From an uncultured Brevinematales bacterium (lineage in GTDB: Bacteria > Spirochaetota > Brevinematia > Brevinematales > JAOACQ01), in NCBI GenBank assembly GCA_964413265.1, contig CAYPRX010000106.1, positions 2,048-66,047 on the forward strand: a DNA stretch of 64,000 nucleotides, given 5' to 3'. The notes under the pieces are model-generated. The model was not told where the DNA came from. It did no database searches and saw only the letters and a program-made list of their open reading frames with translations. The translations under genes and the position numbers were made by a program. Positions 19,375 through 28,410 of this stretch are shown here, piece by piece. How positions within the stretch are numbered: the first letter of the stretch is position 1; every line of letters begins with the position of its first letter.

Positions 19375-19499
19375 TTAAAATCAATTAAAAAACCGGAGCC
19401 TGCTTTAAAATTGTAAATATCGAAAGTCACTGGGGGAGATGTGAAGGATGCCGAAGCAGCGAAAAACAAAAACAGAAGCGGCAGGACGATCCTGTGCAT
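19375..19499 (-). pseudogene. 5' remnant of the decayed OMP paralogue
   Basis: GGAGGT RBS plus MHRIVLPLLFLFFAASASFTSPPVTFDIYN/FKAGSGFLIDF, matching MRRFFLL..FSSPAVSLDIYN/FSAGCGFLIPF. Confidence 0.8.
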
Positions 19500-19542
19500 A
19501 ATACCTCCGTAAATGTTTCACCCCTGGCCGTCCGGGACAATT

Positions 19543-20508
19543 TTAAAAAATAATCCCGATATCCAGTCCCACAGTGAACAAAGAGCTCTCCTGCGTATAA
19601 TTTATAGTGCCGGCATATCCCACAGGGGAGTAATTGTTGCCGCTGTTCGATGCATAATAGGTCTGGCTCTGGTTTCCAGTTGTTGATACATTTATATATT
19701 CGCCATCGAGATCTATAAAGATATTTTGAGTGATATTCTTCGAGATATCAAGACGTAATATAATTCCGATGCCTGAGCTTGAAGCTGTCAGCATTAAGCT
19801 TCTCAGAATGTGATTATCAGCATCCGAACAGAAGGATGGGGAAAGTCCGAACAGCGCTTCTATGCTAATAAAATCAGATGTATATTTTAATTTCATTGCA
19901 CCGTAAGGCATGTACTCGTTAAGTTGATAAGTAGAAACCTGACCCGGTACTACGGCGTTATAGCCCTGATAGCCTGAAGGTGAATACTGATCAAGGTTGC
20001 TTATATTGTAATAAAAATACCGGTATAAAAACCCTGGACCCAGAGAAAGAGAGAAACCATGGCTGGAATATAATTTATAGAAAAAAACAGTATCAATGGA
20101 AAATAATTCTAAAGTAGCATCTGATGTCGAGAAAATGTCAAGAGTATTGGGATTACCAGATAAGACCCACCAGTCGGAATCGTCAACTTTACCTGAATTA
20201 GGGGTAATGCTCTGCTTTGCGTTCAGCACAAGGTCGAAATTGTCCAGAAAGCGCCAATCGGTTTTAACCGTTAAGAGGAATAAATTGACTGGATAGTTCA
20301 GTTCACTGGTCGGAAAAGGCTGATTCCAGGTATTTCCGTTCGCATCTTTAACCAGGCCGCCTATCTCGTAGAGGGTGTAGCCGTACATCCATTCCCCGCC
20401 GGCTTCAATTTTAAATGAATCTGATACATCGCCGGACGATCCGTAGCCGGCTGCCAATGAAACGATTGAAAGCATAATTACTATAAACGGATAAAAAATC
20501 CATTTCAT
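19543..20508 (-). CDS. Omptin-family outer-membrane protease
   Basis: Signal peptide, SELNY, GKVDDSDW (cf. OmpT Asp pair), DADNHILR (cf. OmpT Asp/His dyad), C-terminal Phe. Confidence 0.75.
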   Translation of the reverse strand: MKWIFYPFIVIMLSIVSLAAGYGSSGDVSDSFKIEAGGEWMYGYTLYEIGGLVKDANGNTWNQPFPTSELNYPVNLFLLTVKTDWRFLDNFDLVLNAKQSITPNSGKVDDSDWWVLSGNPNTLDIFSTSDATLELFSIDTVFFYKLYSSHGFSLSLGPGFLYRYFYYNISNLDQYSPSGYQGYNAVVPGQVSTYQLNEYMPYGAMKLKYTSDFISIEALFGLSPSFCSDADNHILRSLMLTASSSGIGIILRLDISKNITQNIFIDLDGEYINVSTTGNQSQTYYASNSGNNYSPVGYAGTINYTQESSLFTVGLDIGIIF

Positions 20509-20525
20509 CGACGCCTCCGTAAGGC

Positions 20526-21113
20526 TTAATCTGAATAATTCTCTGGAAAGAGAATCCTTTCCGTACTTTCAATTATTACATGGAGAATCACCATATGTAT
20601 CTCCTGCGACCTGTCCGATGTAGTCCCGGATGCCATAAACTCATAGAGGCATGTACCCTTCATTTTGCCGCCCCCTTTTCCAAGCAGAGCGATCGTGAAA
20701 ATTCCCATTTCGCGGCACTTTTCAAAGGCTTTTATAATATTGGATGAATTACCGCTTGTCGATATGCCTATAAAAACATCCCCTTTTTTGCCATAGGCCT
20801 CAACACCCCGGGAAAAAGCATACTCAAACCCGAAATCATTGCTTACAGCCGTTATATGGGCCGGGTCGGTGAGGGCAATAACCGGCAGGCTCATCCTATC
20901 CTTTCTGAACCTGCCTGTGAATTCCTCAGCAAAATGCATGGCATCGCAGGCGCTTCCACCGTTGCCTGCAATAATGACTTTATTTCCCTTTATGAAGGTA
21001 CTGGCGATAAGCTCTGAAACCTCGGCAGTTTTTCTGATGTTGTCTTCGTCGCTGACGAAAGACTTTAAAACCTGAAGAGATTCAAGATAAGAGGCATTTA
21101 TGTGCTCGATCAT
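20526..21113 (-). CDS. gmhA: Phosphoheptose isomerase
   Basis: GNGGSACDAMHFAEE, GISTSGNSSN, SQEIH. Confidence 0.93.
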   Translation of the reverse strand: MIEHINASYLESLQVLKSFVSDEDNIRKTAEVSELIASTFIKGNKVIIAGNGGSACDAMHFAEEFTGRFRKDRMSLPVIALTDPAHITAVSNDFGFEYAFSRGVEAYGKKGDVFIGISTSGNSSNIIKAFEKCREMGIFTIALLGKGGGKMKGTCLYEFMASGTTSDRSQEIHMVILHVIIESTERILFPENYSD

Positions 21114-21259
21114 AAATTTTCTCCTTAATTGCGGAATATTTTAAAATAATCCTGTTAAATACTCAAATCAAAATGTAAATTTATATAATGCCTGTTGAAA
21201 ATTGCAGAATTTTCTTCTCCAAATTATGATTTTTTGATCAAAAAGTTAAGGAGTCATAT

Positions 21260-22456
21260 ATGACTTTCTTGAAAATAAAATATCTTGCAGTAATATATTT
21301 TTTTCTCTTTTCCTTCTGCCTGGCCGGAGCGAAAGAAGTTCTGTCAGTCCTGTATTTCGACAACACAGCTAAAAATTTTGATTTGGACTGGGTAGGCAAA
21401 GGCCTGGCTGATCTTCTAACGACTGACATTGATCAATCTGGAGATATAATTATAGTCGAAAGGCAGCAGTTAAGCAAGGTACTGGACGAGCAGAAGCTTG
21501 CCCTCTCAGGCCTGGCTGATGACCGGAGCGCCATAGAAGTAGGGAAACTGCTTAATGCAACTAAACTGATAACCGGAAGCTATATCGTACAGGCAGACCA
21601 GATCCGCATCGATGCCAAAATAATCGATACAACATCCGGGAAATTAGAGCCGGTAAAGGTTACCGGCAATATCAGCAATCTCTTTGAAGTCGAAGAAAGG
21701 CTTTCAGACCTGATTTATGATAAATTGGTTTTAAAACGCCCTGAAAACTTTGAAAAAGAGACGCAATCCCCAGACGCTTTCAGATCTTATTACCAGGGTG
21801 TTTCCTACCTTGAGAGCGGGCAGACCGATAGAGCATTGGAAAGTTTCCGGCTTTCCTCCGAGAAGGACCCGTTCTATGTCAAGCCTCAAAAGGGGCTTGA
21901 AGAGGCATATAAATTTTTAAAAGATTTCAAAAAACTCCGTTACCAGAGGGAAATCAGCGCTCTATATGATAAGCTGAGCAGGTTTAAAGCCAGACTTGAG
22001 GAGAAACCATTTCTTACATATGCAGATTTATTGAAGAAGGCCGAGGTACAGAATATGACGGCAAGCCAGATGGCAGAGTTTAACAAGTCCCATGAAACTT
22101 ACATTCTCGCCAATACTCCCGCTCAATGCGTCTGGAATATGCAGGCGACCCTTCTTGATATAAAAACCAGACAGGATAATTATCAGAGAGAAGAAAAGAT
22201 AACCAATAAACAAAACGATGAACTTCTGCAGGAAATCATAAGGCTTGCTGAAAAATCACGGCTTATATACAAATCTGATCCCAATCTGCCGGATATTCTT
22301 TTTGTTGAACTTATTGCTCTCAGGCAGCAGGGGGATTATGCACGTCTAAAAGAATACAGCGAGATATTTTTAACGGAATATCCAAACTACCGTATGATAG
22401 AAGGGGTTGAAGATTATTATAAAGAGTCTCTGGATAAATTGAACGTTACGAATTAG
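21260..22456 (+). CDS. Exported CsgG/TolB-N-like domain plus TPR protein
   Basis: VERQQLSKVLDEQKLALSGL..AIEVGKLLNA..GSY..IRIDAKIIDTTSG; helical TPR-like C-terminus. Confidence 0.7.
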   Translation: MTFLKIKYLAVIYFFLFSFCLAGAKEVLSVLYFDNTAKNFDLDWVGKGLADLLTTDIDQSGDIIIVERQQLSKVLDEQKLALSGLADDRSAIEVGKLLNATKLITGSYIVQADQIRIDAKIIDTTSGKLEPVKVTGNISNLFEVEERLSDLIYDKLVLKRPENFEKETQSPDAFRSYYQGVSYLESGQTDRALESFRLSSEKDPFYVKPQKGLEEAYKFLKDFKKLRYQREISALYDKLSRFKARLEEKPFLTYADLLKKAEVQNMTASQMAEFNKSHETYILANTPAQCVWNMQATLLDIKTRQDNYQREEKITNKQNDELLQEIIRLAEKSRLIYKSDPNLPDILFVELIALRQQGDYARLKEYSEIFLTEYPNYRMIEGVEDYYKESLDKLNVTN

Positions 22457-22470
22457 CAGTTTGACCGGAT

Positions 22471-24009
22471 TTATGATCTGTGGATCATCCGATTGATTTC
22501 GGAGAATACCGCCGGTATAAGTTTCAATATATCCCTGGCGGATGCCGATTCAGATCCCCATTTTTCCTCGTATATTTCTCCTGCCCGGCCCAGAAGATAA
22601 GCTCCAAGCTGACAGGATGCTAAGGAGGAGTATCCCGATGCCCACAGACCGGCAATAAGGCCGGCAAGGATGTCCCCGCTGCCTCCCTTGGCAAGGCTTG
22701 CGCTGCCCCTGTCGCTTGCATAAATTTCTCCGTCGGGCGAAGCTATTAAACTGATGGAATCTTTTAGGACGAGATGGATTTTATTATCTGTTGCAAACTG
22801 CCTTGCGCAATCGAACTTATTGTGTTTGACCCATGAATTATCCCTGTGGACAAGCCTGGCCATTTCACCGATATGGGGCGTAAGAATTTTATCTGACGGG
22901 GAATTTTTCAGCATGAGCTCCAGTTCAGTACTGTCTGCAATATTGTTAAGTCCGTCCGCGTCTATTACCAGTCTTTCTATATGACTGCCTGAAAGAATAA
23001 ATTCCATCAATGATTTCTGGAACATCCCGGTGGAGAAGCCATTTCCTGCCAGGACAGTTCGAATCCTTCTCTGTCTGATAAAACCTTCAATATCACCTCC
23101 AATGGGAAATGTTAAAGCCTCCGGAAAGTTTCTCCGGACCGGACCGAGGGCTGTTTCAGGTGCGGCAATAGATAGTAAACCGACGCCGGCTTTTAATGCG
23201 GCTTTACCAGCCAGGATAACGGCGCCGCTCATACCTGGCGCCCCGCCAGCGATAAGGAGATGTCCGAAGGATCCCTTGTTCGTGTCACGTTTCCTGGGGA
23301 TATAAATCCGGAGAATATCTTCGGCTGTAATCAGATTGTTTTTTATTGAGGGATCTTTTAATAAATCTGGAGGAATGGATATTGGATCGGTGAGGATCCT
23401 TCCCGCCAGTTGCCTGCCTGGAAAGTCTGTCATTCCAAGTTTGGAAAGTCCGAAGGTAACTGTGAAATCCGCTTTAACGGAATGTTCCGAAGAATGCCCG
23501 TCAGACTGGAGTCCCGATGGTATGTCGATTGAAACAACCGTTTTACCCGATTTATTAATAGAATCGATGATACCTGAAGTGAAATCGTCTGCTTCACCAT
23601 GAAAACCGATACCGAAAATTGCATCCACAACAACATCGGCTTCTCTTAAGGCTTCTTCAAGGATGGATAATTTATAGGGAAATTCGGTGATTTTAATACC
23701 GATTTTTCCTATTATTGAAAAATTAATTCTGGCATCCGGCCCGGTTTTCCCCATAGGACCGGTATAAAAGACATGAACACAAACCCCTGAAGTAAATAAT
23801 AGCCGTGCCAGTACTGCTCCATCGCCACCGTTATTGCCTGGTCCGCAAATGAGAAGAAATTTCTTGCTTTTATATTCAGGTATTATATCTTTAATAGCCC
23901 CAAATGCTGCTCTCCCGGCATTTTCCATCATGATCAGGACAGGAATCCCGAACTTTTCAACACACTCCTTATCGATCCGGTAAATATCCTCTTTTAAAGC
24001 GAGCTTCAT
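22471..24009 (-). CDS. nnr: Bifunctional NAD(P)H-hydrate epimerase/dehydratase
   Basis: MENAG, GPGNNGGDG, DIPSG, DADGLN, TPHIGEM, AKGGSGD. Confidence 0.93.
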   Translation of the reverse strand: MKLALKEDIYRIDKECVEKFGIPVLIMMENAGRAAFGAIKDIIPEYKSKKFLLICGPGNNGGDGAVLARLLFTSGVCVHVFYTGPMGKTGPDARINFSIIGKIGIKITEFPYKLSILEEALREADVVVDAIFGIGFHGEADDFTSGIIDSINKSGKTVVSIDIPSGLQSDGHSSEHSVKADFTVTFGLSKLGMTDFPGRQLAGRILTDPISIPPDLLKDPSIKNNLITAEDILRIYIPRKRDTNKGSFGHLLIAGGAPGMSGAVILAGKAALKAGVGLLSIAAPETALGPVRRNFPEALTFPIGGDIEGFIRQRRIRTVLAGNGFSTGMFQKSLMEFILSGSHIERLVIDADGLNNIADSTELELMLKNSPSDKILTPHIGEMARLVHRDNSWVKHNKFDCARQFATDNKIHLVLKDSISLIASPDGEIYASDRGSASLAKGGSGDILAGLIAGLWASGYSSLASCQLGAYLLGRAGEIYEEKWGSESASARDILKLIPAVFSEINRMIHRS

Positions 24010-24043
24010 GATTATATCCTCATAAATACTTAAATTCCGTATA

Positions 24044-25372
24044 CTAAATATCGTCGAAATTCTCTGTAAGGAGTATTCCTATCCCTCCAGAGAGTGTCCC
24101 AAACCATATCCTGTCTCTCTCGAAGTTGATATCAACCACGTCGTCCGAGGGTAAACCGTCCAGGATGCTAATAGATGACCAGCGGTGTGAAATACAGTTG
24201 TAAGACATTGCCCCACCTCCAAGAGTCCCTATAAACATGCTATTTTTTATATTGCGGACTGATTCGATGTAGTCCGACGTCAAACCATTTGACCTTCTCA
24301 GGTGATTTATAATTTTATTCTTAGAATCAAGCAGGAAGATACCGTCTCCATGGGTCCCTACCCAGAGCAGCCCCCGATGCATACAGATCGATTTTGGGGA
24401 ACAGTCGCTGAGTATGTTCAGTTTGTTTCCATTCTTCAGGATGTACAATCCTTTGTCAAGGGTTGCAATATAGAGACTATTCCCTGAAAGTAAAATATCG
24501 CTTACCTGTGTTCCCAGGTTAAAGACCATCTTCCATCGTGAAGTAATGCCGTCACGGACAAAAAGGCCATTGCCAAGAGTTGCTGCATAAAGTTCTCCGC
24601 CTAAAACTTTTAATTGCTTGATAGGCACATTTCCGAGTTCACCCTTTTCCCTGGTCCAGTCTTCCCTTTTTTTATCTAAGCTGAAGAGGCCCTCATAAGT
24701 GCCCACCCATATTTTTTCACCTGTAGCTGCTATGCATCTGATATTGCCTGATACTAGACTGCCCGAATGAACTTCATAAATTGTCAATATGCCGGAACTT
24801 CTTGTAAAGCGGCAAATCCCCCCTGTCCACAAACCGATCCATAGGTCGTCACCATCGAATTCTATTGCGCTTATGCTGTTGTCAGGAAGGCCGACTGAGC
24901 TGTCTATATATTCCCAGCGGATCATTCGCTTAAGCCTTTTTGCATCTTCAAGAAACTGGATGTCTGTACCTCCCTTTTCAAGGGCCCTGTTGACATAAAA
25001 AAGTGCGCTTTCTCTTTTATTCTCCTGATAGTAGATCCTTGCTGAATAAAGCATGCATTGTTCTTTATAAGGGCTTTCCTGAAAAGCCAGTGAACCCTTT
25101 AAAAAGACCTTAAGGGCAAGCATTCTTTTTCTCCCGTTATAAAAAGAGATGCCGGCGTCATAGAAACCCCTGCAAAGGTCCAGATTTGTAAATTTTTCTG
25201 GATAAATTCTGCGAAGCCTGTCAACATCGTCCAGGCGGTTCATTATTACCAGATCCTTTATCCAGCCAGAAAGGGTCGCCTGGTTGTCGGGAAGCAGTGG
25301 TTCTGATTTCATTGAAGTAAGTAAGAAAATTAATGCTCCCAGGAAGGCAAGCCTGATTAAGGACTTTATCAT
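24044..25372 (-). CDS. Exported TPR plus beta-propeller (ligand-binding sensor-like) protein
   Basis: Repeated GLPxxxI..WxGTxxGG propeller blades after a TPR-like region. Confidence 0.7.
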   Translation of the reverse strand: MIKSLIRLAFLGALIFLLTSMKSEPLLPDNQATLSGWIKDLVIMNRLDDVDRLRRIYPEKFTNLDLCRGFYDAGISFYNGRKRMLALKVFLKGSLAFQESPYKEQCMLYSARIYYQENKRESALFYVNRALEKGGTDIQFLEDAKRLKRMIRWEYIDSSVGLPDNSISAIEFDGDDLWIGLWTGGICRFTRSSGILTIYEVHSGSLVSGNIRCIAATGEKIWVGTYEGLFSLDKKREDWTREKGELGNVPIKQLKVLGGELYAATLGNGLFVRDGITSRWKMVFNLGTQVSDILLSGNSLYIATLDKGLYILKNGNKLNILSDCSPKSICMHRGLLWVGTHGDGIFLLDSKNKIINHLRRSNGLTSDYIESVRNIKNSMFIGTLGGGAMSYNCISHRWSSISILDGLPSDDVVDINFERDRIWFGTLSGGIGILLTENFDDI

Positions 25373-25416
25373 AATTTCACCTTATTATAATAATGATCGG
25401 CAGCAGAAACTCTTAA

Positions 25417-26274
25417 TTATAATCGGTCCATGGCTCTAAGCCATGAAATGGTCAACATGGCTACCGATAGTATTGCAAAAGTAAAACGTACGGCCGGCGG
25501 AGGCAGTTTTTCAACTGATGAAAGAACTGCAGCTGCTGACCCTATCAGAAACCCGGCCAGAAGCGAGAAAAAATGTCCGAAAAAGTCGGAGCCTCCGGCT
25601 GTGCCGAAGAGGCCTAGAAATGTCAGAGCAGCTGCGGCAGGTCTCCAGTCAGTTTTTTTTGCCTTTGCAGTGATTCTAATGATTCTGTACGCGGCCAGGA
25701 CGCCGAAAGCTCCGAATATTGAGCCCGAGGATCCTATGCTGTGGTATTCAAGTGGAATAATAAAGGCAGTGGCAAGATTTCCAGCCGCTCCTGCAAGAAT
25801 TGCAAGGAAAAGGCCAGTACCAGAACCTGTCATTGAAAAAAGGCTGTAAAAAATTACACTCCCCATGAAAGCATTTGAGAGAAAATGTTCGAGGCCAGTA
25901 TGAAGTGTCAGGGCAGTAAATATTCTCCATATCTCTCCGGACCTTATATCAATGTTTGAAGAATTGCCTGCTTTAAGCCAAATATCATAAGATCCTGACT
26001 GGTATAGAAAACTCTGAAAAATGAAAAGGGTGAAGAATACTGCCAGGACCGATGCAAGAGGTGAGGCATATGAGAAATTCAATAATTTTTCACTGCTGTT
26101 TTCCTGCTCATAGAAATCTATCTGCCTGCAAGCTTCTTCAAGAAATTCTTCAGATACTTCAATAGCACTTTCGTTCCCATGAGTTTCCCGTTTATGCGGG
26201 ATACTCATAGCTGAAAGAACAAGAGACCATTCCCAGGCCTTTTTGTTAGGGATTGAAGTAAGATCTCTTTTCAT
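25417..26274 (-). CDS. Rhomboid family intramembrane serine protease
   Basis: WRIFTALTLH, HFLSN, GSSG, GHFFSLLAG. Confidence 0.88.
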   Translation of the reverse strand: MKRDLTSIPNKKAWEWSLVLSAMSIPHKRETHGNESAIEVSEEFLEEACRQIDFYEQENSSEKLLNFSYASPLASVLAVFFTLFIFQSFLYQSGSYDIWLKAGNSSNIDIRSGEIWRIFTALTLHTGLEHFLSNAFMGSVIFYSLFSMTGSGTGLFLAILAGAAGNLATAFIIPLEYHSIGSSGSIFGAFGVLAAYRIIRITAKAKKTDWRPAAAALTFLGLFGTAGGSDFFGHFFSLLAGFLIGSAAAVLSSVEKLPPPAVRFTFAILSVAMLTISWLRAMDRL

Positions 26275-26430
26275 CTTTTTAAACTCCCTCAGATCATTTT
26301 ATAATATAACAAGAAAGGCTGCTACTAACAAGCAGGTTAATCTGAAGTATTTTGTAATGCCGTGAACTGAGCTTAAGGCTGGAATTGTCTGTCAAAACAT
26401 GTTAAAATTACTGAAAAGGAAAAATTATTA

Positions 26431-28314
26431 ATGAAGAATTTAAGAGAATTTTTTAAGCCTCCTTCCGGGGAGAGGGTAAAACCTAAAATCAGGAAAGTTT
26501 ATTTCGGTATAAGGATCAGATTATTAGGGCTCTTGATTTTAGTTATGTCCTTTATTATAACCGCCCTTACCTTGATAATGTATTTCAATCAAATCAGACT
26601 TCTTAATGACGAGAAGAGGGATAAAGCGGAAGTACTGGCGCAGATATTAGGAGGTCCTGCCGAATTCTATTTAGATAAAAACATTAAAACAACTAAACAG
26701 GAACTGGATCTAAAATATAAGACAATAGCAGATGAAACCGCTAATTTTAAAAAATATAATGATGATATTGTAAAAATTTTCCTTACCGATGAAAATGGAA
26801 GGATACTGTACAGTACACAGACGGAGGAAATCGGCAAATCACCGAAACTGAACTATCTTTCCAACGTCCTTATACAAAGAACAGAAAAGCCTGATTTTTT
26901 GATAATAAATTCAAAATCGAAGGATAAAAAAGAAAGAAAATTCCAGGCTATCACTTATCCGATTTTTCTTCATAATGGAAATGTGATCGATATTTTAAAG
27001 GATTTCAATAAATATTATCTTGATTGTCACAGGGTAAATAGAAACATTAAAAATATTATTTATTTGACATTATGGCAGAAATATCAGGCTATTCTCGGAA
27101 AAGAATTTGATCCCAAAAAGAATAAGGATTTCAATACCGTAGCAATTCCATCCAAAGTGATCAAAAGCGGAGATATCGACTTCCTGTTTCTAAGACTGTT
27201 TGCAACTATTATGGAATTCCGCGAAAGGAGGATTAAAAGCGGTGAAACCTGGCTCTGGAGAGAAGGATGGCTGGCTGATCTGAAGAATAAAAAAAACAAA
27301 GCATATGAAAACGATAATTCAGCTGAAGCGAAAAAAGCCGACGATTTGATAATGGAAAGGATGAATAACCTGTATTCAAAGGTTGATGAGGTTCGGAGGC
27401 TTGGCGCATTGGCCATTATCTTCGATGTCGATAAAATTAATCGTGAATTTTCACATAATATCAATACTGCCTGGCAGGTTGCTCTAGTAATATTGATCAT
27501 AAGTGCTCTCATATTTCTCATTGTAATACAATTTATGATCCGTAACCTCAAAATACTGGAAAAATGGGCTTTGACTGTAAGCGGCGGTAATATAGATACC
27601 CAGGCGAGTATCCGTTCAAATGATGAAATTGGAAGGATTTCCGATATTTTTAATCAAATGCTTAATGAACTTAAGGTTAAATTCCACCTGGAAAAGTTTG
27701 TATCTATTTCAACCAGATCCATGATAGAAAAAGCAAAAGAAACCGATGCAACACCGAAGCCGGGTAAAACGGAACGCAGGAGCTTATCGTTTATTTTCTC
27801 CGATGTCCGCGGGTTTACTTCATTTTCTGAGAAAAATGATCCGGGACTTGTTATGGAGGTCTTAAATCACTACATGGAACTGCAGGCAAAAATTATCCAT
27901 TCCAATAAGGGAGACATTGATGATTATGTAGGAGACCAGATAATGTCTCATTTTGCAGGGAAGAATAGAGCGGATAAAGCGCTGGAGACTGCTCTCGAAA
28001 TGATGAAAGCCGTGAATCGTTTTAATGAGAGCAGGAAAAAAGAAGGACTGCCTTATTTTGAAGTAGGAATAGGAGTCCATGGAGGAGATGTGGTTGCCGG
28101 TACCATCGGTACAGGCTTCAGGATGGATTTTACATGCGTGGGAGATGCTGTTAACCTGACTTCAAGGCTTTGTTCTCTGGCTAAAGCCGGAGAAATACTT
28201 GTTTCGGAAGAATTGCTTTCTCAGTGCAGGAAGAATTTTAAAATCATAAAGCTCGATCCTGTATCTGTCAAGGGGAGAGAGGAAGCTGTACCCATAGCGA
28301 AAGTCCTTTTTTAA
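26431..28314 (+). CDS. Membrane class III nucleotidyl cyclase with periplasmic sensor and HAMP domain
   Basis: Two TM helices, SNDEIGRISDIFNQM HAMP, FSDVRGFT, VGD, GDAVNLTSRL. Confidence 0.9.
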   Translation: MKNLREFFKPPSGERVKPKIRKVYFGIRIRLLGLLILVMSFIITALTLIMYFNQIRLLNDEKRDKAEVLAQILGGPAEFYLDKNIKTTKQELDLKYKTIADETANFKKYNDDIVKIFLTDENGRILYSTQTEEIGKSPKLNYLSNVLIQRTEKPDFLIINSKSKDKKERKFQAITYPIFLHNGNVIDILKDFNKYYLDCHRVNRNIKNIIYLTLWQKYQAILGKEFDPKKNKDFNTVAIPSKVIKSGDIDFLFLRLFATIMEFRERRIKSGETWLWREGWLADLKNKKNKAYENDNSAEAKKADDLIMERMNNLYSKVDEVRRLGALAIIFDVDKINREFSHNINTAWQVALVILIISALIFLIVIQFMIRNLKILEKWALTVSGGNIDTQASIRSNDEIGRISDIFNQMLNELKVKFHLEKFVSISTRSMIEKAKETDATPKPGKTERRSLSFIFSDVRGFTSFSEKNDPGLVMEVLNHYMELQAKIIHSNKGDIDDYVGDQIMSHFAGKNRADKALETALEMMKAVNRFNESRKKEGLPYFEVGIGVHGGDVVAGTIGTGFRMDFTCVGDAVNLTSRLCSLAKAGEILVSEELLSQCRKNFKIIKLDPVSVKGREEAVPIAKVLF

Positions 28315-28344
28315 GCATTGCAAAGAGACAGGCATTCTCAACTC

Positions 28345-28371
28345 TCAATATTTATTATATTAGTCCGATAT
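28345..28371 (+). promoter_or_regulatory. sigma28 (FliA) promoter of the rod gene
   Basis: TCAA-N15-TCCGATAT. Confidence 0.65.
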
Positions 28372-28410
28372 TTTGAATAAGAATTATCTTTCACATTTAT
28401 GGAGGGATTT

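Noticed and set aside
18596-19379. Simple IS insertion explained only by the TTAAA pair at 18596 and 19375
   Set aside because: It does not explain why the gene cut at 19375 resumes at 17297. The 18596 copy is better read as left from an earlier insertion, although this is not fully excluded.
25394-25420. Possible sigma28 promoter (GCCGATCA on minus strand) for the propeller gene
   Set aside because: The -35 match is poor (ATAA) and the gene has no flagellar link.
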